64,000 bases of DNA, taken from the NCBI GenBank assembly GCA_031459715.1, contig JAVKIA010000004.1, forward strand, positions 2,755 through 66,754, in the 5' to 3' direction. The notes beneath the pieces are model-generated. The model was not told the origin of the DNA. It worked only from the letters and a program-made list of their open reading frames with translations, and searched no databases. The position numbers were made by a program, and so were the translations under genes. Origin of the DNA: Candidatus Humicultor tengchongensis (GTDB lineage Bacteria > Sysuimicrobiota > Sysuimicrobiia > Sysuimicrobiales > Humicultoraceae). Positions 26,393 to 35,088 of the stretch are shown here, in pieces (within the stretch, counting starts at the first letter, position 1; each line of letters starts with the position of its first letter).

Positions 26393-28225
26393 TCAGCGCA
26401 CATGAATGGGGACCCGGAACTCCCCCTGGATCACCCAGTTGGTCCGGATCAACCGGCCGGCGAAGACGTCGAACTTAGTGAACTCCGCTCCGGTCGCCGG
26501 CAGGCCGAAGGGGACCAGGCGGATCAGGATCTGGTTGTTGGTCCCCAGGCTCTCAAAGATCTCCACCGCCTCCTCCAGGGTGTCCCCGGGGAAGGGGGGC
26601 TGCTCGGTGAGCAGGTCTCGTACGATCACGTCTTCCGGGCTGGTTCCAGTCAGGTCGATCCCCGCCGAGCTGACGAGGAGCACCGCCGGGCCCCGCGGGT
26701 AATTCCGCGGCACAGGGACCTCGATGACCCGAGAGACCTGCTGGTCCTGCTGGTAGGGGCGGACGGTGATCCGGACGCGGATGGTCCCTCCCGGGTCGAC
26801 CTCCCGTGTCTCCGCCTCAACGTTGGTGATCTCCGCTGTCTCCCGCTTGCGGGAGAGGGTCATCTCCACCTTCAGGTCAAACGGGTCCAGGTCGGCGAAG
26901 GGATTGAAGAAGAGGAACTGGACTGCCGTGGAGATGTCCAGTACTGAGGCCAGGGCCACGTCCTGCTGGCTGTAGAAGATATTCTCCCGGGAGATGACTC
27001 CGGGCAGCCGCCTGGCGCGCACCGCCATCTTTACCCGGGCCGACCCCTCCCCCTGGACCTGGTCGCGTCCCCGCTCTGCGGCGACGAAGGCCACCAGGGG
27101 CGCGAAGAGGCGCACCAGATCGGCGCGGCGCACCACCTGGGCCGCCCGGCTCACCGTCTTTCCTGAGTCGGCGTCGTTGACGGTGACTCGGACGGTGAAC
27201 ATGCGGGGGAACTTCCCCACCAGGCCGCGGATGCCTGGCCCGCGGTCCTCGTCGATCTGCCCGACCAGCGGTCCCAGGTTGCCCTCCAGGAAGGGACGCT
27301 GCAGCGTCTGCACCACGGTGACGATCTCGGCGGTGGTCAGGCCGTAGGCCACCGACCCCAGGTTCTCCCAGGGGTGACCGCAGATGAGCAGCTTGCTCCC
27401 CACCCGCAGCGTCGTGGTGCAGATGCCGCCGAACTCCACGTCGCCCAGCACCTGGAGGATCCCCACCGGCGAGCCGGCGCGGATCTGCGCCGCCTCCCCG
27501 GCGGCCTGCCCTCCGCCATACTGCACCAGCGGCCGCTGGGCCAGCCGCTCGCCCATCACCTTCTGCAGGAGGGTGAAGGCGCGGGGGGTCAGGCCTCCGG
27601 CCAGGGTCACCGGCTGCGCCGGGAGGAAGGCCAGGGTGCCGGGCAGTGCCGCCGCCTGGCGGGCCTGGGCGGGAGTGCGGGCCACCACCACCCGGTGGAC
27701 CGGCTTCCCGTCCACCACCAGCGGGGTGGTGGGGGAGAAGACGGTGGGCCAGGGAGCGGCTGCAGCCTGCGGCTGCTCCAGCAGCGGCAGCATGTACTCG
27801 ATGGGGGTGCCCAGCCCCAGGTCCTTCCTGGTCTGGAAGAGATAGCTGGCGCTGTGGGCGCCCACCAGCTTCCCGTTGATGTACAAGGGGCTGCCGCTCA
27901 TCCCCGCAGCGGTGCCGCCTGTCTGCTCCATCAGGGGGCCGTAGGTCCGGTAGAGAATCAGGTGCTTCACCGGGATGGCGCCGCCACCTCCCGCCAGCAG
28001 CGCCATTACCTCGAAGTTGAACTCCGCGATCTGCGGGCTCTTCACCGTGGTCCGGCCCACGCCCCGCATCCCCGGCTTGATCTCCGCCACCTTCATGATC
28101 GGGGGCAGCCCCTCCTGGGCGCTGCCCACCGCCGCCGGCGGCAGGAGGACCGCCAGGGCCAACCCGCATACCATGACCGCTCGCCACACACGTGTCACGT
28201 CCCTCTCTCCTCTCTCACTCCCCAC
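26393..28225 (-). CDS. SpoIVB-like peptidase S55 family protein (610 aa), secreted
   Basis: Signal peptide, then the S55/SpoIVB-type serine motif GMSGSPLYINGKLVG, and a long C-terminal extension. It is the gene immediately upstream of tamB. Confidence 0.6.
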   Translation of the reverse strand: MGSERGERDVTRVWRAVMVCGLALAVLLPPAAVGSAQEGLPPIMKVAEIKPGMRGVGRTTVKSPQIAEFNFEVMALLAGGGGAIPVKHLILYRTYGPLMEQTGGTAAGMSGSPLYINGKLVGAHSASYLFQTRKDLGLGTPIEYMLPLLEQPQAAAAPWPTVFSPTTPLVVDGKPVHRVVVARTPAQARQAAALPGTLAFLPAQPVTLAGGLTPRAFTLLQKVMGERLAQRPLVQYGGGQAAGEAAQIRAGSPVGILQVLGDVEFGGICTTTLRVGSKLLICGHPWENLGSVAYGLTTAEIVTVVQTLQRPFLEGNLGPLVGQIDEDRGPGIRGLVGKFPRMFTVRVTVNDADSGKTVSRAAQVVRRADLVRLFAPLVAFVAAERGRDQVQGEGSARVKMAVRARRLPGVISRENIFYSQQDVALASVLDISTAVQFLFFNPFADLDPFDLKVEMTLSRKRETAEITNVEAETREVDPGGTIRVRITVRPYQQDQQVSRVIEVPVPRNYPRGPAVLLVSSAGIDLTGTSPEDVIVRDLLTEQPPFPGDTLEEAVEIFESLGTNNQILIRLVPFGLPATGAEFTKFDVFAGRLIRTNWVIQGEFRVPIHVR

Positions 28226-28333
28226 GCTTCCGCGCCGGGTTGGAAAAAAATTCGGGAAGAGAGGACCTCTCCCCTACGCCGCGGACCTGTGCCCCTGGAT
28301 GTCACACCACCGTCACCCCGGCGGGAAACTTTC

Positions 28334-28642
28334 TCACCTGGGCCGCAGGTGGGCGACCACCATCCCCCGTTCCCGGATCTGCTGCCCCGGGCGCACCAGC
28401 ACCTCCACCACCGTGCCGTCAGCGGGCGCGCGGGCGGCAACCGCCCTGCCCACCAGGGCACGGACGTAGACCAGGGGGTCGCCGTCGCGCACCTCCTGTC
28501 CGGGCCGGACCAGGCCGTCCGCCAGCACCTCGCCCGTGAGGGTGGCCCGCACCTCCAGCACACCCGCCGCAGCCGCAGCGGCCGAGGCCAGCGGCAGGAG
28601 CAGCGAAACGCCAAGGACAAGGATGCGCACCGGTCTCCTCAT
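28334..28642 (-). CDS. Small secreted protein with a biotin/lipoyl-attachment-like (HlyD-type hybrid) beta domain
   Basis: 102 aa with a signal peptide (MRRPVRILVLGVSLLLPLASAAAAAAG), then …GEVLADGLVRPGQEVRDGDPLVYV…APADGTVVEVLVRPGQQIRERGMVVAHL, a lipoyl-like hammerhead pattern. Confidence 0.5.
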   Translation of the reverse strand: MRRPVRILVLGVSLLLPLASAAAAAAGVLEVRATLTGEVLADGLVRPGQEVRDGDPLVYVRALVGRAVAARAPADGTVVEVLVRPGQQIRERGMVVAHLRPR

Positions 28643-28648
28643 CCTCCA

Positions 28649-29845
28649 TTATGCCCGGCGACGGGCGGCGCGGCTACGCTGGCTCGGCCGGGGTGCGGGT
28701 TGGCCAAACTCCTCCGGCGGGGAGGGCCGGCGGCCGAAGTAGAAACGCAGGGCCTCCACGATCCGTTCGGCAGCCCGCCCGTCGCCGTAGGGGTTCTGCC
28801 TGCGGGCCATCGCCTCGTACGCCGCCGGGTCGGAGAGCAGCCGACCGGCCTCGGCCACGATGCGCGCCCGGTCCGTTCCCACCAGGCGGGCCGTTCCCGC
28901 CTGGATTCCCTCCGGTCGCTCCGTCACCTGTCGCAGGACGAGGACGGGCTTGCCCAGCGCGGGCGCCTCCTCCTGGATGCCTCCGGAGTCGGTGAGGATG
29001 AGGTGGGCGCGGCGCATCAAGGCTACCCAGGGGACGTACTCCGGCGGCTCCAGCAGGTGCGCCCGGGGGTGGCCGCGCAGGACCTGGTGCACCACGCGGC
29101 GCACCGCCGGGTTGGGGTGCACGGAGAAGACCAGCTCCACGTCGGGATATCGCTCCAGCAGGTCCAGCAGGGCCAGGTAGATCTGACGCAGCGGCTCTCC
29201 CCAGTTCTCCCGGCGGTGAGTGGTCACCAGCAGGAGGCGGCGGCCCTCCAGCGGCGGGATCTGCGGGGGCAGCGCCCCGGTCGCACGTGTGGCTACAGCC
29301 TGCAGGGCGTCGATCACCGTGTTGCCGGTGACAAAGATGCGCCCGGGGTCCACCGCTTCGCGCAGCAGGTTCTGCCGCGCCTGCTCGGTGGGGGCAAAGT
29401 GCAGGTCGGCCAGCACCGAAACCAGCCGCCGGTTCATCTCCTCGGGGAAGGGCTGGTACTTGTCGGCGGTGCGCAACCCCGCCTCCACGTGCCCAACCGG
29501 CAGGCGGTGGTAGTAGGCGGCCAGCGCGCCCACGAAGCAGGTGTGGGCGTCCCCCTGCACCAGGACCATGGCCGGCCGCAGCCTTTCCAGCAGGGATGAC
29601 AGCCCCTGCAGCGACCGGGTGACGATGTCGCTGAGGCCCTGTTCGGGGAGCATGATGTCCAGGTCGTGGTCGGGGACGATGTCGAAGACGGAGAGCACCT
29701 GGTCCAACATCTCCCGGTGCTGCCCGGTGACCACCACCAGGGGCTGGAAGTCGCCGCACTGACGCAGCGCCTCTACCAGCGGGGCCATCTTCACGGCTTC
29801 GGGCCTTGTGCCGAAGATGGTGACGACGCGCAGGGGGTCGGGCAC
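28649..29845 (-). CDS. wecB: UDP-N-acetylglucosamine 2-epimerase (non-hydrolysing), WecB/MnaA
   Basis: 398 aa: MPDPLRVVTIFGTRPEAVKMAPLV…HVEAGLRT…DSGGIQEEAPALGKPVLVLR, which is diagnostic. Confidence 0.9.
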   Translation of the reverse strand: MPDPLRVVTIFGTRPEAVKMAPLVEALRQCGDFQPLVVVTGQHREMLDQVLSVFDIVPDHDLDIMLPEQGLSDIVTRSLQGLSSLLERLRPAMVLVQGDAHTCFVGALAAYYHRLPVGHVEAGLRTADKYQPFPEEMNRRLVSVLADLHFAPTEQARQNLLREAVDPGRIFVTGNTVIDALQAVATRATGALPPQIPPLEGRRLLLVTTHRRENWGEPLRQIYLALLDLLERYPDVELVFSVHPNPAVRRVVHQVLRGHPRAHLLEPPEYVPWVALMRRAHLILTDSGGIQEEAPALGKPVLVLRQVTERPEGIQAGTARLVGTDRARIVAEAGRLLSDPAAYEAMARRQNPYGDGRAAERIVEALRFYFGRRPSPPEEFGQPAPRPSQRSRAARRRA

Positions 29846-29848
29846 GCG

Positions 29849-30979
29849 CTACGCCGGGCGGCCTCCGCCGCGGGTGTCCCGCACCGCCGCCGCCTTCCGC
29901 TCCAGCAGCCCCATGCGCCGCGCCCCGACGTACAGGGCGGCGGCGATCACCGCCAGGGTGACCACCGAGGCCGTGCGGTTGACGCCGGCCACCGCCAGCG
30001 CACCCACGCCGAAGAAGGCGCTGACCAGGTAGAGGAGGAGGACCGTCTGCCGCTGGGAGAGCCCCCGGTCCAGCAGCCGATGGTGCAGGTGCCCGCGGTC
30101 CGGCAGGTAGATGGGCTGGCGGCTGCGGAAGCGGCGGACGATGGCGAAGGCGGTATCCACGATGGGCACGGCCAGCGCCAGCAGGGGGACCGCCAGAGAG
30201 AGGGCGGTGTAGGACTTGTACAGGCCCATCACCGAGATGCCGCCCAGGACGTAGCCCACGAACATGGAGCCGGAGTCGCCCATGATGATGCGCGCCGGGT
30301 TGAAGTTGTGCCGCAGGAAACCCAGCATGCTGCCGATGAGGCACGCCGCCAGGAGCATGGAGGTGGCGTCCCCCTTGACCATGGCCGTGAGCAGGAGCGT
30401 GGTCCCGGCGATGGCGGCGATGCCCGAGGCCAGGCCGTCCACCCCGTCGATGAAGTTGGTGGCGTTGACCACTCCCACCACCCAGACGATGGTGAACAGC
30501 GGCCCCAGCGGACCTACCGCCACCGTCCGCCCCGTCAGGGGGTGGGTGACGAACTGCGTGCTAAGTCCGAAGGGGATGAGCACGGCCCCCGCGGCCACCT
30601 GCAGCAGGAATTTGAGAGCCGGATGCAGCCCCCTGGCGTCGTCCCAGATCCCCACCAGGAAAAGGAAGGTCGATCCCAGGAGGATCCCCAAGACCGCCTG
30701 GTCGGCGCGCGGGCTGAGGGGGATGCGGATGGTGAGGACGTCGCCGCGGTGGGTGAAGACGATGTCCCGCGTGATGACCGTAGCCACCAGGAGGGCGGCG
30801 AGGAAGCCGACGTAGATGGCCACCCCGCCCAGCCGCGGCATGGGGCGCACGTTGATCCGCCGCCCGCCGGGGTAGTCTATGGCACCGATGCGCCGGGCAA
30901 AGCGCCGCAGCCCCGGAGTCAGGGCGTTGGTCACCACCAGGGCGACCAGGGCGGCGGCAATCCAGGAGGGGAGGATCAT
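29849..30979 (-). CDS. Undecaprenyl-phosphate N-acetylhexosamine-1-phosphate transferase (WecA/TagO, GT4 MraY-like)
   Basis: 376 aa polytopic membrane protein with NATNFIDGVDGLASG and the HHRLL motif (DRGHLHHRLLDRG). Confidence 0.85.
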   Translation of the reverse strand: MILPSWIAAALVALVVTNALTPGLRRFARRIGAIDYPGGRRINVRPMPRLGGVAIYVGFLAALLVATVITRDIVFTHRGDVLTIRIPLSPRADQAVLGILLGSTFLFLVGIWDDARGLHPALKFLLQVAAGAVLIPFGLSTQFVTHPLTGRTVAVGPLGPLFTIVWVVGVVNATNFIDGVDGLASGIAAIAGTTLLLTAMVKGDATSMLLAACLIGSMLGFLRHNFNPARIIMGDSGSMFVGYVLGGISVMGLYKSYTALSLAVPLLALAVPIVDTAFAIVRRFRSRQPIYLPDRGHLHHRLLDRGLSQRQTVLLLYLVSAFFGVGALAVAGVNRTASVVTLAVIAAALYVGARRMGLLERKAAAVRDTRGGGRPA

Positions 30980-31011
30980 GGCCAGACCATTGTACCGTTT
31001 CTGGGGTGGCC

Positions 31012-31980
31012 CTAGACCGGCTGGGGCTGCGGCCGGGCCTCGAAGAGGTCGCTCACCGAGCGGTCCTCGTGGATGCGACGGATGGCCTCCCCCAGCAGCG
31101 GAGCCACGGAGATGACGCGGATCTTCTCGCCGCGCTTCTCCGCCGGCAGGGCCACGGTGTTGGTCACCACCAGCTCGCGCAGCGGGCTCTGGGCGATGCG
31201 CGCCAGCGCCGGCCCGGAGAGGATAGCGTGGGTCACGTACGCCGCCACCTCCTCCACGCCACGCCGCAGCAGGGCCTGCGCGGCCATGGTCAGCGTCCCC
31301 GCTGTGTCGGCGATGTCGTCCACGATGACAGCCCGGCGGCGGTAGACCTTGCCGATGACGTGCACCACCTCCCGCACCTGGTTGGGCTGGTCCCGCCGCT
31401 TGTCGATGATGGCCAGGGGAGCGCCCAGCAGCGCGGCGAACTCCCGCGCCCGCTGCGTCCCCCCGATGTCTGGGGAGACGATGACCAGGTTCTCCGGCCG
31501 CTGCCGCCGCAGGTCTTCAGCCAGGAGCATACGCGAGGGGAGGTGGTCCAGCGGGATGTCGAAGAAACCCCAGATTTGGCCGGCGTGCAGGTCCACGGCC
31601 AGGATGCGGTGCGCCCCGGCGGCGACAAGCAGGTTGGCCACCAGCTTGCTGCTTATGGGTTCGCGCGGCCGGATCTTGCGGTCCTGCCGCGCGTAGCCAA
31701 AGTAGGGTATCACCGCCGTGATCCGCGCCGCAGAGGCACGGCGCAGCGCGTCGATGATCACCAGCAGCTCCATCAGGTGCTCGTTGACCGGCGGCGACGT
31801 GGGCTGGATGATGAAGACATCCTCGCCGCGCACGCTCTCCTCGATGGTGATACGCACCTCGCCGTCGGCGAAGCGGGCCAGGGTGATCTCCCCCAGAGGG
31901 ATGTCCAGGTAGTCGGCCACCTCCTGAGCCAGCGCCGGATTGGCCGATCCGCTGAAGACCTTGAGGGTGCGCCCACCCAT
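31012..31980 (-). CDS. prs: Ribose-phosphate pyrophosphokinase
   Basis: 322 aa: MGGRTLKVFSGSANPALAQEVADYLDIPLGEITLARFADGE…DLHAGQIWGFFDIPLDHL…, with the PRPP-binding motif VIVDDIADTAGTL. Confidence 0.95.
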   Translation of the reverse strand: MGGRTLKVFSGSANPALAQEVADYLDIPLGEITLARFADGEVRITIEESVRGEDVFIIQPTSPPVNEHLMELLVIIDALRRASAARITAVIPYFGYARQDRKIRPREPISSKLVANLLVAAGAHRILAVDLHAGQIWGFFDIPLDHLPSRMLLAEDLRRQRPENLVIVSPDIGGTQRAREFAALLGAPLAIIDKRRDQPNQVREVVHVIGKVYRRRAVIVDDIADTAGTLTMAAQALLRRGVEEVAAYVTHAILSGPALARIAQSPLRELVVTNTVALPAEKRGEKIRVISVAPLLGEAIRRIHEDRSVSDLFEARPQPQPV

Positions 31981-31987
31981 GGCCCCC

Positions 31988-33346
31988 TCACCTGCCCACC
32001 CGGCTGTGCCGGATTACCCGCGCGGGGACCCCCACGGCCACGGCGCCGGCGGGGACGTCCCTGGTCACCACCGAGCCCGCACCCGTGCTGGCCCCCCTGC
32101 CGATACGCACCGGCGCCACCAGCATGGTGTCGCTGCCGATGAAGGCCTCGTCCTCGATGACCGTGGGCCATTTCTTCCCGGAGCGGTCGCGCAGGTTGCA
32201 GGTGATGGTACCCGCGCCGATGTTCACCCGCTCCCCCACGGTGGCGTCCCCCAGGTAGGACTTGTGGTGCACCTTGGTCCCGTCGCCGATGGTGCTGTTC
32301 TTCACCTCGGCGAAGTTGCCGATCTCCACCCGCCGCCCGATGCGCGAGCCGGGGCGGAGGTGGCTGTAAGGGCCGACGCGGCTGCCCTCGCCCACCGTAG
32401 ACTGCACCACGGTGGAGGCCACCACGGTCACCCTGTCGGCGATGACGGCATCAACCAGGCGGGCCTGCGGACCGATGGTGCAGCCGCGACCGATGCGGGT
32501 CTGCCCTTCCAGGGAGCTGCCCGGGTGGATTACCGTCTCCTCCCCCACTACCACCCCCGCGTGGATGTAGGTGGCCTGGGGGTCCACCACGGTGACGCCG
32601 CCGTCCATGAGACGCTCCAGCAGCCGGGCGCGCATGGCCGCCTCCGCCCGGGCCAGATCGCGTCGCGAATTCACGCCCAGCACCTCCAGGGGGTCGTCCG
32701 CCGCCAGGGCGTCCACCCGGGCGCCGACCCGCAGCGCCCAGGCGACGACGTCGGTCAGGTAGTACTCGCCCTGGACATTGGCCGGCCGCACGTGTCCCAG
32801 CCCTTCCCGCAGAAGGGCCAGGTCGAAGACGTAGGTGCCGGCATTGATCTCCTGAATGGCCCGCTCCCCAGGGGTGGCGTCGGCCTCCTCCACGATGCGC
32901 TGCACCCCTCCGCCGGAGTCGCGGAGGACGCGGCCGTAGCCGGTAGGGTCGGACAGGTGGGCCGTGAGCAGGGTGATCCCGGGCCGGGCGTCCTCATGGT
33001 GCGACACCAGGCGTCGCAGCGTCCGGGCGGTGAGCAGAGGGACATCCCCGTAGAGCACCAGCACGGCCTCCGCCTCCTCCACCGCCTGCAGCCCCACCAG
33101 CACCGCGTCTGCTGTCCCTTTCTGCTCTGCCTGCACGACGAAGGAAGCACCGTCGCCGACCTCCGCCTGTACCGCCTCTGCGCCCCGGCCGACGACCACC
33201 ACCGGCTGGATCAGGCCCGCCTCTTCCAGGGTCGCCAGGACGTAGCGGACCATCGGCCGCCCGCAGATGGGGTGCAGAACCTTGGGAAGGCTGGAACGCA
33301 TGCGCTTGCCCACGCCGGCGGCAAGGACGATGGGACGGACGGTCAT
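31988..33346 (-). CDS. glmU: Bifunctional GlmU (GlcNAc-1-P uridyltransferase / GlcN-1-P acetyltransferase)
   Basis: The true start is the ATG at 33346 (MTVRPIVLAAGVGKRMRSSLPKVLHPICGRPMV…). It has an N-terminal nucleotidyltransferase domain plus a C-terminal hexapeptide acetyltransferase domain. The 737-aa track ORF is an N-terminal over-extension. Confidence 0.9.
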   Translation of the reverse strand: MTVRPIVLAAGVGKRMRSSLPKVLHPICGRPMVRYVLATLEEAGLIQPVVVVGRGAEAVQAEVGDGASFVVQAEQKGTADAVLVGLQAVEEAEAVLVLYGDVPLLTARTLRRLVSHHEDARPGITLLTAHLSDPTGYGRVLRDSGGGVQRIVEEADATPGERAIQEINAGTYVFDLALLREGLGHVRPANVQGEYYLTDVVAWALRVGARVDALAADDPLEVLGVNSRRDLARAEAAMRARLLERLMDGGVTVVDPQATYIHAGVVVGEETVIHPGSSLEGQTRIGRGCTIGPQARLVDAVIADRVTVVASTVVQSTVGEGSRVGPYSHLRPGSRIGRRVEIGNFAEVKNSTIGDGTKVHHKSYLGDATVGERVNIGAGTITCNLRDRSGKKWPTVIEDEAFIGSDTMLVAPVRIGRGASTGAGSVVTRDVPAGAVAVGVPARVIRHSRVGR

Positions 33347-33548
33347 CTGTGGAAGGCCTTTACGGGAACCTCCTGCCGCACAGAAGTTCTTGACCCCCCG
33401 GAGCAATCCTTCCCCAGCCCGCCGCCCCCCGGCGGCAGGTCTTCCGCCAAGCCTGACGCCGCCGCAGCACCGGCACCGCTTGCCGCCGGCGGGAAATCGG
33501 CTATCCGCCCGATAGCGGAGCCTTACCGCCATTTCTAAACTCCACGGC

Positions 33549-34090
33549 GTGCGCGGGCTTGCTGCTGCGGTCATCGTCTTGCTGCTTTCCGCCTTGAACT
33601 TCCCGGCATCTGCCGGCGACGATTCCGCGCGTCCTGCCTCCCTGGAGGAGCGCATGGCCGGGCTTGCGGTGCGCACTGGCGCCCGGGCCGTGCTGCTCCT
33701 GCTGTGCTGCACGCCCTGTCCCGTCAGGAGGTAGGCGTTCGCCACCAGCCCGACGCATTGGACCGGGCACTGGCCGCCAGCGCCTACGCCCGGCTGGCCG
33801 AGGAGATTGCGGCGGCCATGGGTGAGGCCCTGCGCGACTTGGGACACCCGGTGCTGGAGTCGCTGGCGGAGGCAGCCGGCCGGCTGCTGGACGACCTCGT
33901 TACCTTCGTGGAGGGAGCGGACTTCATCGGCGAGGACGCCCGAGAGTGGACAGCTTCCGACCTGCTGGCCCTGGCCGCGGGGTCGGGGTCGCGCAGCGAG
34001 ACTCTCTACCTGCTGTACAACAACCGGAATGGGGATACCGGCGGGTACGCTGTGGACCTGACGGTGACCGCCCGCCAGGCCACGCCGTAG
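33549..34090 (+). pseudogene. Small secreted hypothetical protein split over two frames (possible frameshift or two tiny ORFs)
   Basis: The 33549..33734 ORF encodes a signal peptide (MRGLAAAVIVLLLSALNFPASAGDDS…). The 33704..34090 ORF (GTG start, another frame) continues with a soluble domain. The two would join across a ctgctcctgctgtgctgc repeat tract. This is the only plus-strand coding signal in a 200-bp interval flanked by minus-strand genes. Confidence 0.35.
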
Positions 34091-34307
34091 GCAGGACCGG
34101 GGCGAAGGGCCCCTGGCCAGGATCCCGGTAAGGAAGCGCTTTGGGCACAGGCAGAAGCGTGGCTGGGGGGGCAGGCTTCGATCCTGCGCTGCCGGAGTCA
34201 AAGTCCGGTGTCCTCCCGATTAGACGACCCCCCAGCGCACCTGTATTGTCCTGAGGAGCGGGAAGCCGGTCAACCCCTGGGGGCCCGGTGGGGCGGGCCC
34301 GTCCTCA

Positions 34308-34706
34308 TCATGTGACCCGCCCCTCTCCCGCAAGGGCGACCACGTCTATCTCCACCAGCGCCCCGCGCGGCAGGCGGCTGACCGCCACCGTGGTCCGCGC
34401 CGGCGGCTCCTCCTGGAAGAACGCACCGTATTCCTCGTTCATCGGACCGAAGTCGTCCATCTGCGCCAGGAAGACCGTGCACTTGACCACGCGCCGCAAC
34501 GACGACCCCGAGGCCTCCAGGATGGCCCGGACGTTCTCCAGGACCTGACGGGTCTGCTGCTTGATGTCCGTCCCCACCAGCTGGCCGGTCTGGGGGTCCA
34601 GGGCGATCTGGCCCGAGAGGAAGAGCAGTCCTCCTGCCCGCACCGCCTGAGCGTAGGGGCCGATGGCCCGCGGCGCCCGGTCCGTGCTGATGATCTCCCG
34701 CTGCAT
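34308..34706 (-). CDS. ridA: RidA/YjgF-family reactive-intermediate deaminase
   Basis: 132 aa: …APRAIGPYAQAVRAGGLLFLSGQIALDPQTGQLVG…TVFLAQMDDFGPMNEEYGAFF…RTTVAVSRLPRGALVEID. Confidence 0.9.
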   Translation of the reverse strand: MQREIISTDRAPRAIGPYAQAVRAGGLLFLSGQIALDPQTGQLVGTDIKQQTRQVLENVRAILEASGSSLRRVVKCTVFLAQMDDFGPMNEEYGAFFQEEPPARTTVAVSRLPRGALVEIDVVALAGEGRVT

Positions 34707-34854
34707 ACCTCAAACCTCCCCGTGTGACCTGGAGCAGGACCCGGCACAGGCCGTCTCCCGCCGCGTCGATTATACGCGCGACGCGTCACCGCGCGCACGA
34801 TGCACGATCCCGACGCGCGCACCGGTGCACCATGGGAAAGGGCAGAGGGGGTGG

Positions 34855-35088
34855 CTACAGGGCCTGCAGCATGGCCTGCAGGCGGCGGCGCAGCGGCTCT
34901 GGGGCGGGCCGCCCCGCGCACCGCTGCCTGATGACCTCCCGGAGCCTCAGCTCGAACTCGTGGCGCGGTCCGCAGTCGCGGCACAGCCGCAGGTGTTCCT
35001 GGATCAGGTGGGAGGTCTGGGGATCGAGCTCCCGGTCCATGTACTGCCACAGCAGACGCACGACCTCTTCGCAGTGCACCGCGCTCAT
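34855..35088 (-). CDS. Zinc-binding (ZAS, HX3CX2C) anti-sigma factor, RsrA-like
   Basis: From the ATG at 35088: MSAVHCEEVVRLLWQYMDRELDPQTSHLIQEHLRLCRDCGPRHEFE…, with the HLIQEHLRLCRDC ZAS motif. ATGA overlap with the ECF sigma gene stop. Confidence 0.8.
   Translation of the reverse strand: MSAVHCEEVVRLLWQYMDRELDPQTSHLIQEHLRLCRDCGPRHEFELRLREVIRQRCAGRPAPEPLRRRLQAMLQAL

Noticed and set aside
27374-29599. 741-aa plus-strand ORF
   Set aside because: It runs opposite to the S55 peptidase, the small lipoyl-like protein and wecB, all of which have strong family signatures. It is an artefact of high G+C.
34170-34195. tRNA-like T-arm (GCAGG-CTTCGAT-CCTGC) followed by a 7-nt potential acceptor strand
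   Set aside because: No complementary 5' acceptor strand or D/anticodon arms were found in the preceding ~75 nt. It is more likely part of a GC-rich hairpin in the convergent intergenic region between the plus-strand hypothetical and ridA.
34277-34296. GGGCCCG-gtgggg-CGGGCCC hairpin downstream of ridA as a possible intrinsic terminator
   Set aside because: It has a perfect 7-bp stem but no U-tract on either strand. It could still act as a terminator or stabiliser in a high-GC organism, but this is unsupported.
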